Shown here one piece after another: positions 20,077 through 28,203 of a stretch of DNA of 64,000 nucleotides. The position numbers and the translations under genes were made by a program. The notes under the pieces were generated by a model that worked only from the letters and a program-made list of their open reading frames with translations, was not told the DNA's origin and did not search any database. Position 1 is the first letter of the stretch; each line of letters begins with the position of its first letter. The DNA comes from an uncultured Alphaproteobacteria bacterium (GTDB taxonomy: Bacteria > Pseudomonadota > Alphaproteobacteria > HIMB59 > GCA-002718135), in the NCBI GenBank assembly GCA_902522865.1, contig CABYXC010000003.1, forward strand, positions 33,672-97,671. Reading direction: 5' to 3'.

Positions 20077-20126
20077 CTTTTTTCTTATTAAAGATTGAGT
20101 ATATGAAATTATCGATAAATCAAAGA

Positions 20127-20152
20127 ATATTTCTTACACAATAAAGAAATAT
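20127..20152. promoter_or_regulatory. Inverted repeat ATATTTCTT-N8-AAGAAATAT in the aminotransferase/pta divergent region
   Basis: 9-bp perfect arms read directly, centred in the 118-bp intergenic region 20077-20194. Confidence 0.3.
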
Positions 20153-20194
20153 CATAGGAAAAATTGTAGCAGTGGTATAGAGAGAATACCAAAT

Positions 20195-21094
20195 ATGAGC
20201 ACATTACCAGAAGATCTTAAAAGTAAAGCTTTAGAGACTCCCGACATACCAGCAGCAGTTGTGTGCCCCAATCAGGAAAGCATATTATCAGCTGTAATTG
20301 AAGGTAAGAATATGAACCTCATCGATCCAACTTTAATTGGAAATAAAAGTTTAATTGCAGAAACAGCGAAAAAATTAAGTTTGGATATTTCTAATTTTAA
20401 TATTGTAGAGGCTAAAGATGAAGAGGATAGTGCTTCAATTGCTTGTCAAATTTCTAATGAAAATAAAAGTAAAATCATAATTAAAGGGAATCTTCATACT
20501 GATATTTTAATGCGCTCTTATTTAAAAAAAGAATTTAATTTACTTGATGGTAGAAGATTAAGTCATATTTGGCATATGACTACACCGCAGCTTAAAAAAC
20601 CTCTTTTTATTACTGATGGCGCCTTAAATGTTTTACCAAGAGTTGATATAAAATTACAAATTCTTAAAAATGCTGTTCAATTTTGTAATAAATTAAATAT
20701 TAGTAAACCAAAAGTTGCAATTTTATCAGGTACAGAAGATCCAATTGAAAGCATGCCAAGTTCAGTTGATGCCAAAAAAGTTATGGAACTTGCGTCAGAA
20801 GAAAAAATTAATGCTTTTATTCATGGACCACTCGCTTTTGATAATGCTGTTTCTGAGGAAGCGGCTACAATAAAAGGAATCAAAAATGATGTTGCTGGTG
20901 ATGCTGATATACTATTAGTGCCTAATTTAGAAACTGGAAATTCTTTATCCAAAATAATGGTTTATTTTATGAATGCTTGTGCTGCGGGAATAGTAATTGG
21001 TGGTAAAGTACCAGTTGTAGTCCCTAGCAGAGCAGATAGTAAAAATTCTAAACTTGCATCAATTATGGCAGCTGTAGTTGCTGCAAATAACTAA
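20195..21094 (+). CDS. pta: Phosphate acetyl/butyryl-transferase family protein (short Pta form)
   Basis: 299 aa PTA_PTB-like protein ('KGNLHTD', 'DGALNV', 'DADILLVPNLETGN'). Its position divergent from aminotransferase-ald fits Xsc-linked Pta. Confidence 0.7.
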   Translation: MSTLPEDLKSKALETPDIPAAVVCPNQESILSAVIEGKNMNLIDPTLIGNKSLIAETAKKLSLDISNFNIVEAKDEEDSASIACQISNENKSKIIIKGNLHTDILMRSYLKKEFNLLDGRRLSHIWHMTTPQLKKPLFITDGALNVLPRVDIKLQILKNAVQFCNKLNISKPKVAILSGTEDPIESMPSSVDAKKVMELASEEKINAFIHGPLAFDNAVSEEAATIKGIKNDVAGDADILLVPNLETGNSLSKIMVYFMNACAAGIVIGGKVPVVVPSRADSKNSKLASIMAAVVAANN

Positions 21095-21117
21095 TTAGTA
21101 AATAAATTTTAGCTCGA

Positions 21118-21975
21118 ATGCTTTTAAGACATTACTTTTTAATTTTAATAATCACTTTTTTATTTGGAAGTGCCTACCCTGTTCAGAAAGTAATTTTTAA
21201 TGAAAATGTACCACCATTATTAATGGGAAGTTTAAGAATGTTAGTGGTTTTCATATGCCTTTTGCCTTTTTGGAGATTTAGAATTCCTGAAAAAAAATAC
21301 TGGTTACCACTTCTCTTTTTTTCAATTGCTATGGGTTTTTTAGCAAATGTTTTTATGACATTATCTTTAAATGAAGCAAATATAGTTTCTCCAATCATTA
21401 TTGGTTCTCAATTAGCTGTACCATTTGCAATATTATTAAGCTCATTTTTTTTAAAAGAGAAAGTAAGTATTAAAAAATGGGTACTAATATTTATTTCTTT
21501 TTTTGGCATCATTTTATTGGGCTTTGATCCATTAATAAGAAATGAAATTTATGCATTATTCTTAATTACGTTAATGGCATTCTTCTATGCTAGTGCACAA
21601 GTATTTTCCAGGTACCTAAAAGATTTAGAAGTCACTCTCACAAATGCAGTAATGGGACTTGTTGGATTTGTATTACTAATTATTTCATCATCAATATTTG
21701 AAGGACAAACAGTAAACGAAATAAAAAATATTAGTTTTCAATCATGGTTATTAATATTGCATTCAGGGATCTTTGTTTCAATCGCTGCTCACATGTCGAT
21801 GTTCTATTTATATAAGATGTATCCTGTTAATAGGGTATTTCCATTTTACGCTTTATTTCCTGTATTTGGTGTGTTGTTAACATTTATAATTTTTTATGAA
21901 ATACCAACTTTAATTACTTTTATTGGAGGTATAATTGTAATTGTAGCAACTTATTTTATAAATAAAGAAAATTAA
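21118..21975 (+). CDS. DMT superfamily (EamA-like) transporter
   Basis: 10 predicted hydrophobic helices in 285 aa. Follows pta by 23 nt. Confidence 0.7.
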   Translation: MLLRHYFLILIITFLFGSAYPVQKVIFNENVPPLLMGSLRMLVVFICLLPFWRFRIPEKKYWLPLLFFSIAMGFLANVFMTLSLNEANIVSPIIIGSQLAVPFAILLSSFFLKEKVSIKKWVLIFISFFGIILLGFDPLIRNEIYALFLITLMAFFYASAQVFSRYLKDLEVTLTNAVMGLVGFVLLIISSSIFEGQTVNEIKNISFQSWLLILHSGIFVSIAAHMSMFYLYKMYPVNRVFPFYALFPVFGVLLTFIIFYEIPTLITFIGGIIVIVATYFINKEN

Positions 21976-21982
21976 ATTTTGA

Positions 21983-22750
21983 TTATTTAGCTGTCCATCC
22001 TCCATCAATTACTAACGAAGAGCCAGTCATCATTGATGCGGCATCTGAAGCAAGATACACTACAGCACTAGCAATATCACTTTCTGTTGCTACTTTTCCT
22101 AAAGGTATGTTTTCAATTACAGATTTTTTAAAACTTTTATCTTTAAAAAATTTTTTGACCATTGGGGTTTCCACAAATGTAGGGCAAACGGAATTAACTC
22201 TGATGTTGTGCTTAGCCAAATCAATAGCCATCCCTTTGGTAAGACCTTCAACACCAAACTTAGTCATATTATAAACACTTCTAAGAGGAGCACCTACTTT
22301 ACCTAACTGAGAAGAAATATTTATTATTGATCCACCAATTTTTTTTCTATTTTTTGATTTAAGCATAACTTTTGTAGCTAATTGAGCAATATCGAATGAT
22401 GCTTTAATATTAAGATCAACCACTTCACTCATATCTTTTCTTTTAATTTTGGTGAAATATTCAGGTCTATTTGTGCCAGCATTATTTACTAATATGTCTA
22501 ATTTATTGATTTCAGAAAATATTTTTTTTATTTCTTTTAAATTAGTTACATCACACACATAGTAACTACATTTCTTTTTGAGTTTTTTAATTTTGCTTTG
22601 AATAATTAAAAGATCTTTCTCTGTACGACTAAGAATTATTACATTTGCGCCTGCTTCTGCTAATGCTATAGCACATGCTTTACCTATGCCTTTGCCTGAC
22701 CCTGTCACAAGAGCAGTCTTATTTTTTACATTAAAATTTTTTAGAAACAT
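21983..22750 (-). CDS. Short-chain dehydrogenase/reductase (SDR)
   Basis: 'TGSGKGIG' cofactor motif, 'NNAG', catalytic 'YNMTK'. Confidence 0.85.
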   Translation of the reverse strand: MFLKNFNVKNKTALVTGSGKGIGKACAIALAEAGANVIILSRTEKDLLIIQSKIKKLKKKCSYYVCDVTNLKEIKKIFSEINKLDILVNNAGTNRPEYFTKIKRKDMSEVVDLNIKASFDIAQLATKVMLKSKNRKKIGGSIINISSQLGKVGAPLRSVYNMTKFGVEGLTKGMAIDLAKHNIRVNSVCPTFVETPMVKKFFKDKSFKKSVIENIPLGKVATESDIASAVVYLASDAASMMTGSSLVIDGGWTAK

Positions 22751-22763
22751 TTGATCTGATTAT

Positions 22764-23423
22764 TTACAATGAAAAAATAGATTGATCTAATAAATTCATT
22801 TTTTTAATACACATTTGAAAACTATCTTCTAAATGGTAATCACCTGGGAACCCAATGCATTTAATTCCAGCGTTTACAGCAGAATTACTACTTTCTTCAG
22901 TATCCTCTATTGCAAGACAATCTTCTGGCTGTAAATTTAATTTATCTAATGTGACTTTGTATATTTCTGGATGTGGTTTTTCATTTTTAACAAATGATTT
23001 ATTACCAATGAATTCAAATTCTTCTTTTGAAATTTGACCCGAAAGACTTTCAAATACTGCATCGACATTATTTAAAGTTGTAGAAGTTGAGAAAGCAAGT
23101 TTAATATTATTATCTTTTGTATACTTAATTATTTCACCAACGCTCTTTCTTAATTTTTGTTTATTCTGAATAATGTATGAGCTAAAGATTTCTGTTTTTC
23201 TATTTCTAATTTGTGAAGCATTTACATTAGTATTATTTTTTTCAGCAAAATCTTCTACCCTTTTTGTCCCGCCAGATTTTTTTAACAAAATTTTATAATC
23301 TTGCTCATCCCAATACCAATCAAGTCCAGCTTCTTTAAAAGCTTCATTAAATGAGTTACGTTGAATGTTAGAAGATTCAATTAGTGTCCCGATAGATCCA
23401 AATATAAGTGCTTTATATTTCAT
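22764..23423 (-). CDS. HAD-superfamily (beta-phosphoglucomutase-like) protein with a degenerate motif I
   Basis: Motifs II-IV are recognisable ('FSTSTT', 'KPHPEIY', 'AIEDTEES'). Motif I reads 'LIFGSIGTL' instead of DxDGT; I confirmed this by retranslating 23380-23423. Confidence 0.6.
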   Translation of the reverse strand: MKYKALIFGSIGTLIESSNIQRNSFNEAFKEAGLDWYWDEQDYKILLKKSGGTKRVEDFAEKNNTNVNASQIRNRKTEIFSSYIIQNKQKLRKSVGEIIKYTKDNNIKLAFSTSTTLNNVDAVFESLSGQISKEEFEFIGNKSFVKNEKPHPEIYKVTLDKLNLQPEDCLAIEDTEESSNSAVNAGIKCIGFPGDYHLEDSFQMCIKKMNLLDQSIFSL

Positions 23424-23441
23424 AAGATTAGAAATTTATTA

Positions 23442-24323
23442 TTAACCTTTTACTGCTCCAGCAGTTAAACCACTTATTAATTGTCTTTGGAAAAACATGA
23501 TTATCATAAAAAGTGGTGCAGTTGCTGAAACAACACTTGAGACTGCCCACATATAATTTCCACTATGTTCAATTGTGCCCAAATAAGCATTAATTTTAGG
23601 AACCATAGTATAATTCTGCTGATTTAAAAGAAGTGAAGTAACTGTAAAATCATTATAGGCTAACATCATGCTGAATAAACCTGCGGTAACAACTCCAGGC
23701 CACATAACAGGCATTATAACAAAGCGAAACGCTTGAAAATATGAACAGCCATCAATTAGTGCACTTTCATCTAACTCTTTAGGAACTGTTTTAAAGAAGG
23801 AATAAAGTAACCATAATGTAAAGGGTTGATTGATTGCAACTAAAACAATTATGGTAGTTGGAAGTATGCCCCAAACATTCAATTGGAAGAAAGGAAACAG
23901 ATAACCAGAAACTAATGTAATGTGTGGCATCGCTCTAAAAATCAAGGCAGCTATTAAAATCCAAAAAGTATATTTATATGTCGATCGAGACAAGGCATAA
24001 GCACCCAATGTTCCTAAAAATAAAGAGATCGTAACAACTGAAACAGTGATAATAATTGTATTCATTGTTGCTTTCCAAAATTCACCTTCAGTCCAAGACT
24101 CTACATATGCCTTAACTGTAGAAGTATCTCCTGTTTCTATCAAAGTATTAACTCCTGTGACTGCAAACATCCAATCAGCTCTTGAGAAAAAGTCGGCTTT
24201 TACTTTAAATGATCCCCAAAAAGTCCATATAAAAGGAAACACAGAAATAATTAACCAAGCAAGAATAAAAAAACTATTTATTAAAATTAGTTGTTTTGAG
24301 TATCTATTAATTTTTGATTCCAT
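23442..24323 (-). CDS. Carbohydrate ABC transporter permease (MalG/UgpE-like)
   Basis: 6 TM segments with EAA loop 'ESALIDGCSYFQAFRFVIMP'. Confidence 0.8.
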   Translation of the reverse strand: MESKINRYSKQLILINSFFILAWLIISVFPFIWTFWGSFKVKADFFSRADWMFAVTGVNTLIETGDTSTVKAYVESWTEGEFWKATMNTIIITVSVVTISLFLGTLGAYALSRSTYKYTFWILIAALIFRAMPHITLVSGYLFPFFQLNVWGILPTTIIVLVAINQPFTLWLLYSFFKTVPKELDESALIDGCSYFQAFRFVIMPVMWPGVVTAGLFSMMLAYNDFTVTSLLLNQQNYTMVPKINAYLGTIEHSGNYMWAVSSVVSATAPLFMIIMFFQRQLISGLTAGAVKG

Positions 24324-24324
24324 A

Positions 24325-25353
24325 TTATCTTTCTGTCCTAAATTCTCTCCATGTTCTTATAAGTACTGGTGTTAATAGAATTGCTACACCAATAATAGTT
24401 AACATAGATGTTGCTCCTGCAGATCCAAATAACATTTTGTTTTCACTTCTTAAGTCATTATAAATCATCCAAGAAAGTGATTGAGCAACTCCTTCAGCAG
24501 CAAAACCGATTATTGGCTCAAGAACCCTAAAATTATCCATTAGACAAATTAATATAATAAATGTTGCTACCGGATAAAGATGTGGAATAACAATGTGTCT
24601 GACTCGTTCATATCTTGAGGCGCCATCTATGATCGCTGCCTCAATTGGATCTTGAGGAACAGTTTGTAATGCAGCATAAAAGACAACAAAAGCAAATGGT
24701 GTATTGTGCCAAATCCCATAAATAATCAGAGTAATCCAAGTCAATTGACTTGAGGACTTTAGTGATAGGTTTGGATCATCAAATAAGAATTGAATAAATG
24801 AACCTAATATTCCCTTAGCATCTATCATCCAAAATAAAACAAGAGATCCAATCAATGGTGTTACAATCATAGGCAGTATAACACCAAAAATGGTTGGGCC
24901 TTTTAAACTTTTTGTAATGGTGTTTACACTTAAAGCAACGATGAAACCTAAAACTACAACTGGTGGCGTAACTGCAAAACAAAATGTAAGTGTAAATAAA
25001 AGTGCTTTGTAAAAAGGTAAATTTAGTAAGGTATCCGTAAACTCAGCTATGGATGAGGAATTAGTCCAAGCCTCTTTAATTTCATCAAAAGCCAAATGGT
25101 TTCTATCGCCGTATGTTCCTAAACCATTGAATCTTCCAAGAGGTTGTTCTTCTTGTAATTTTGTTGTTGCTTCAATATCAACTTTTGTTTCTGTTTTGCA
25201 TCCAAATGGATCACATTTTTCTACTTCCATTAAAATTTGTTCAGGCTCAATGTGAAGAGATTGAAAAAAACTAGAAATAATTGGAAGGCCAATAAATAAT
25301 AGCATTGCCAATCCACTTGGAAAGAAGAACCAAAAAAATGTTCTGTGGGGCAT
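24325..25353 (-). CDS. Carbohydrate ABC transporter permease (MalF/UgpA-like)
   Basis: EAA loop 'EAAIIDGASRYERVRHIVIPHL' and a long first periplasmic loop. Confidence 0.8.
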   Translation of the reverse strand: MPHRTFFWFFFPSGLAMLLFIGLPIISSFFQSLHIEPEQILMEVEKCDPFGCKTETKVDIEATTKLQEEQPLGRFNGLGTYGDRNHLAFDEIKEAWTNSSSIAEFTDTLLNLPFYKALLFTLTFCFAVTPPVVVLGFIVALSVNTITKSLKGPTIFGVILPMIVTPLIGSLVLFWMIDAKGILGSFIQFLFDDPNLSLKSSSQLTWITLIIYGIWHNTPFAFVVFYAALQTVPQDPIEAAIIDGASRYERVRHIVIPHLYPVATFIILICLMDNFRVLEPIIGFAAEGVAQSLSWMIYNDLRSENKMLFGSAGATSMLTIIGVAILLTPVLIRTWREFRTER

Positions 25354-25365
25354 CTATTTCTTACT

Positions 25366-25397
25366 AAAAAAAAAGTGGAACATAATAATGTTCCACT
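25366..25397 (-). terminator. Intra-operon rho-independent terminator/attenuator after the binding-protein gene
   Basis: Perfect 10-bp stem AGTGGAACAT(25374-25383)/ATGTTCCACT(25388-25397) with a 4-nt loop. On the minus strand it is followed by a U9 run (plus-strand A9, 25366-25374). Confidence 0.7.
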
Positions 25398-25419
25398 TTA
25401 TCATAAATATTTATACGGT

Positions 25420-26655
25420 TTATAGAAATCCTTGCTCAGTAGCTTTTGCTACATAAGCAGCTTCTACATCCGCTAATGCTTTTTCAGCAGACTCATTTCC
25501 TTGAAGGAATTCAACAAGTTCTGTGCTCAAAGCACCATGTAATAGACTCATGTATGGTAAGCTTGGGTAAGGTGTTGCACCTCTATTAGCAGCGTCAACA
25601 ACTGGCCCTGCTGTATCTCCAGGCGAATAACCATCAATCAACCAAATTGTTGCATTTGGATTAGCATTTGCCATTTCTGTTGAAGTTGCTGCACCTAAAA
25701 GAGCTCTAAAAGATGCTTCTGCATTTTCATCAGAAGTGTTTGTTGCAATTCCAAATCCATCCCACCATAGAGTTGTTGCTGGCTTACTTCCACCACCTAC
25801 AGATGGAGAAGGAGCTAATCTAGTATCAGCTTTAATTGCTTGATCACCTTCGTCATCTAACAATGAAGCTGCACCTGAGTTCCAGATATGCATTAATGCT
25901 ACATTACCAGACTCCCATTCTTCTTTAACTGCATTTGTATCTTGAGTTAAGAAATCAGGGTTACTTACTTCGGTTAATCTTTTAAGCATATTAAGAGCAG
26001 CTACACCTTTAGCGTTATTTACACTAACTTCAGCTGTTCCAGCTTTAAAGAAATCACCTCCATGACCTAGGTACATGTTTACAAACTCTTGACCTAAGTT
26101 CCATCCAGATTTGAAAGCACCAGCATATGGGTTAGCCATTTTACCAGAAGCTTTAATTTTTTCTGCAGCCGCAATTACCTCTTCATATGTTGAAGGAACT
26201 GCGATACCTAAATCATTAAGAATACTTTCTCTGTACCAAAGATGTTGAGCATTAGCCATAAATGCTACTGCATAAATTTTACCATCAATCACGATTTTTT
26301 GATTGTCTTGTAATGCACTTCCGTATTTAGCAACTAAATCATCAAGTGGACGAATTAAGTTATCATTCATTAAAGTTGTAATTGAACCATTAGTAACAAG
26401 TTTAGCAGAGAATTCAGCTGGGTTAGCTGAAAGTGCTGCAACTTGTAATTTATTATGATCAACAGAATGTGTTACAGAAAAATCTGCATCAGGTCCTGCA
26501 CAACTTTTTACTTCATCCATGAAAATTCTGTATGTTGTAAATTCGTTTGCTAGAATCTTTATTGATCCATCTGTTACTCCACAAGGTGAGTGCCCACCGG
26601 CATATGCACTTGTGCTAACAAATGTGAACAATAGAGCTATTAATAGTTTTTTCAT
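25420..26655 (-). CDS. Carbohydrate-type ABC transporter substrate-binding protein (family 1), secreted
   Basis: Signal peptide 'MKKLLIALLFTFVSTSAYA'; 411 aa; higher GC and expression-type codon usage. Confidence 0.8.
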   Translation of the reverse strand: MKKLLIALLFTFVSTSAYAGGHSPCGVTDGSIKILANEFTTYRIFMDEVKSCAGPDADFSVTHSVDHNKLQVAALSANPAEFSAKLVTNGSITTLMNDNLIRPLDDLVAKYGSALQDNQKIVIDGKIYAVAFMANAQHLWYRESILNDLGIAVPSTYEEVIAAAEKIKASGKMANPYAGAFKSGWNLGQEFVNMYLGHGGDFFKAGTAEVSVNNAKGVAALNMLKRLTEVSNPDFLTQDTNAVKEEWESGNVALMHIWNSGAASLLDDEGDQAIKADTRLAPSPSVGGGSKPATTLWWDGFGIATNTSDENAEASFRALLGAATSTEMANANPNATIWLIDGYSPGDTAGPVVDAANRGATPYPSLPYMSLLHGALSTELVEFLQGNESAEKALADVEAAYVAKATEQGFL

Positions 26656-26677
26656 ATATTTCCCCTTATTAATAAAG

Positions 26678-26690
26678 TGTGAAATTCACA
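26678..26690. promoter_or_regulatory. Palindrome TGTGAA-A-TTCACA upstream of the binding-protein gene
   Basis: Perfect 6-1-6 palindrome, 23 nt upstream of the start codon at 26655. Confidence 0.4.
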
Positions 26691-26746
26691 TTTAAGTATA
26701 AATCCTTTATATTGGTATTAGAAAATAATGCAATAATATGAATTGA

Positions 26747-26764
26747 TATTCAAGATTTTGAATA
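26747..26764. promoter_or_regulatory. Candidate operator TATTCA-AGATTT-TGAATA
   Basis: Perfect 6-N6-6 palindrome, 20 nt upstream of the LacI-family gene start. An extra TGAAT half-site lies at 26739-26743. Confidence 0.5.
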
Positions 26765-26783
26765 TTGAAATGGGGGATAATTC

Positions 26784-27782
26784 ATGAGTTTTAAAAAGAC
26801 TGCGACATCACAGGACGTAGCAAAACTAGCAGGAGTATCCCAATCAGCTGTTTCTAGATGTTTTACAAAAGGTGCTAGCATTTCTAGTAGAACAAAATTG
26901 AGAGTCTTGGAAGCAGCTAGAAAATTAAAATATAAAGCACCTAATATATCTTCTAATTCAATATCTAATGACGATAGCGGATTAGTTGCTGTCATTTTAC
27001 CTTACGTTACAAGCAGATATTATCCAGAAGTTTTAATAGAGTTACATGAAGCACTTAGGAATGGGGGGTTTAGAATTTTATTAATTACAACTGATGATGG
27101 AGAAGAATTAGATGAAAAATTAATACAGCCATACTTAAAAGAAAAACTCATTGCAATAATATCCGCAACAAAACCCACTGATAAATTTGTCGAAGATTGC
27201 AATCAAAAAAGAATACAATTTATTGCTTATAATAGAAGTTGGAATATACCAACGATAAGTTCCGTTGCATGTGATCATCGTAACGGAGGAGAATTAGTTG
27301 CAGAATATTTTACAAAGAAAAATCATAAAAATATTGGCCTCATTGAAGGACCAAAAGGATCTTATGTTAGCGATGAGCGATGCAAAGGTTTTAAAAATTA
27401 TCTTAAAAATAATAAAAAAATTAAATTAAATATTGAAAAAGGTTTTTTTACTTATGAAGGTGGATATCAAGCAACTGAAAAAATTTTTAATAAAAACATA
27501 AGTGCAATATTTTGCGCTGACGACACAATGGCGTTTGGATGTTTAGATTATATTAAAAAAAATACTTCATTAAAAACACTTTCTCAATTAGAAATTATTG
27601 GTTATGACGATATATCAATGTCAGCTTGGGAATCATATAACCTTACAACTGTAAGACAACCTATTAGACAAATGTCAAAAATAGCAACTCAGTTAATAAA
27701 TGAATATATTAAAGATCCAGATTTTGAACCTATAAATCATATTGTACAGGGAAGACTTATAAAAAGAAAAACTACAAAATAA
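26784..27782 (+). CDS. LacI-family transcriptional regulator
   Basis: N-terminal HTH 'TSQDVAKLAGVSQSAVSRCF' plus a periplasmic-binding-protein-like sugar domain, 332 aa. Confidence 0.85.
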   Translation: MSFKKTATSQDVAKLAGVSQSAVSRCFTKGASISSRTKLRVLEAARKLKYKAPNISSNSISNDDSGLVAVILPYVTSRYYPEVLIELHEALRNGGFRILLITTDDGEELDEKLIQPYLKEKLIAIISATKPTDKFVEDCNQKRIQFIAYNRSWNIPTISSVACDHRNGGELVAEYFTKKNHKNIGLIEGPKGSYVSDERCKGFKNYLKNNKKIKLNIEKGFFTYEGGYQATEKIFNKNISAIFCADDTMAFGCLDYIKKNTSLKTLSQLEIIGYDDISMSAWESYNLTTVRQPIRQMSKIATQLINEYIKDPDFEPINHIVQGRLIKRKTTK

Positions 27783-27783
27783 T

Positions 27784-28203
27784 TTATTTAAATTTTAATC
27801 CCATTTGTTCGAAAACACCATGGTTATCTACCATAACATAATTATCTAAAAATTTTCCATCTTTAATGGTCCAAAAATCTGAAAATTGCATTTTTATAGA
27901 TTTGCCTGTTGGCTCTACTCCAAGATATGTTCCACTATGCGTGCCTGTTAAAAATCCCGTTGCACTAATCCACTCACCTTCTGCAACCACAATATCATTT
28001 TTTACATGATAATCTGGAAATGCTTCATAAAAAGGTTTTAGAACTTTATATTTAAAATTTTCTATACCATGGATATCACCAAAACCTGGAGGGCCGTGCC
28101 AGACCATATTATCATGCCAGTACTTGTGTTGTGCTTCTAGATCTTGAGCATTAAGTGCATCATACATATCAGCTAATAATTTTTTACTTTCATCTAAAGT
28201 CAT
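27784..28203 (-). CDS. NTF2-like/SnoaL-type protein ('predicted ester cyclase' type), single domain
   Basis: 139 aa. 'MYDALNAQDLE...W..NMVWHGPPGFG...FPDYH...GTH.G.YLG..PTGK' is the typical SnoaL-like pattern. Confidence 0.6.
   Translation of the reverse strand: MTLDESKKLLADMYDALNAQDLEAQHKYWHDNMVWHGPPGFGDIHGIENFKYKVLKPFYEAFPDYHVKNDIVVAEGEWISATGFLTGTHSGTYLGVEPTGKSIKMQFSDFWTIKDGKFLDNYVMVDNHGVFEQMGLKFK

Noticed and set aside
1937-27202. Many 60-110-aa antisense ORFs in the track (e.g. 1937-2179, 3503-3697, 4033-4221, 4271-4492, 12345-12581, 15396-15599, 17852-18034, 18902-19108, 19334-19559, 21183-21398, 22855-23037, 24046-24375, 25049-25255, 26750-26995, 27020-27202)
   Set aside because: Each is nested inside, or antisense to, a longer ORF with clear family motifs. 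None has its own recognisable domain or intergenic space.
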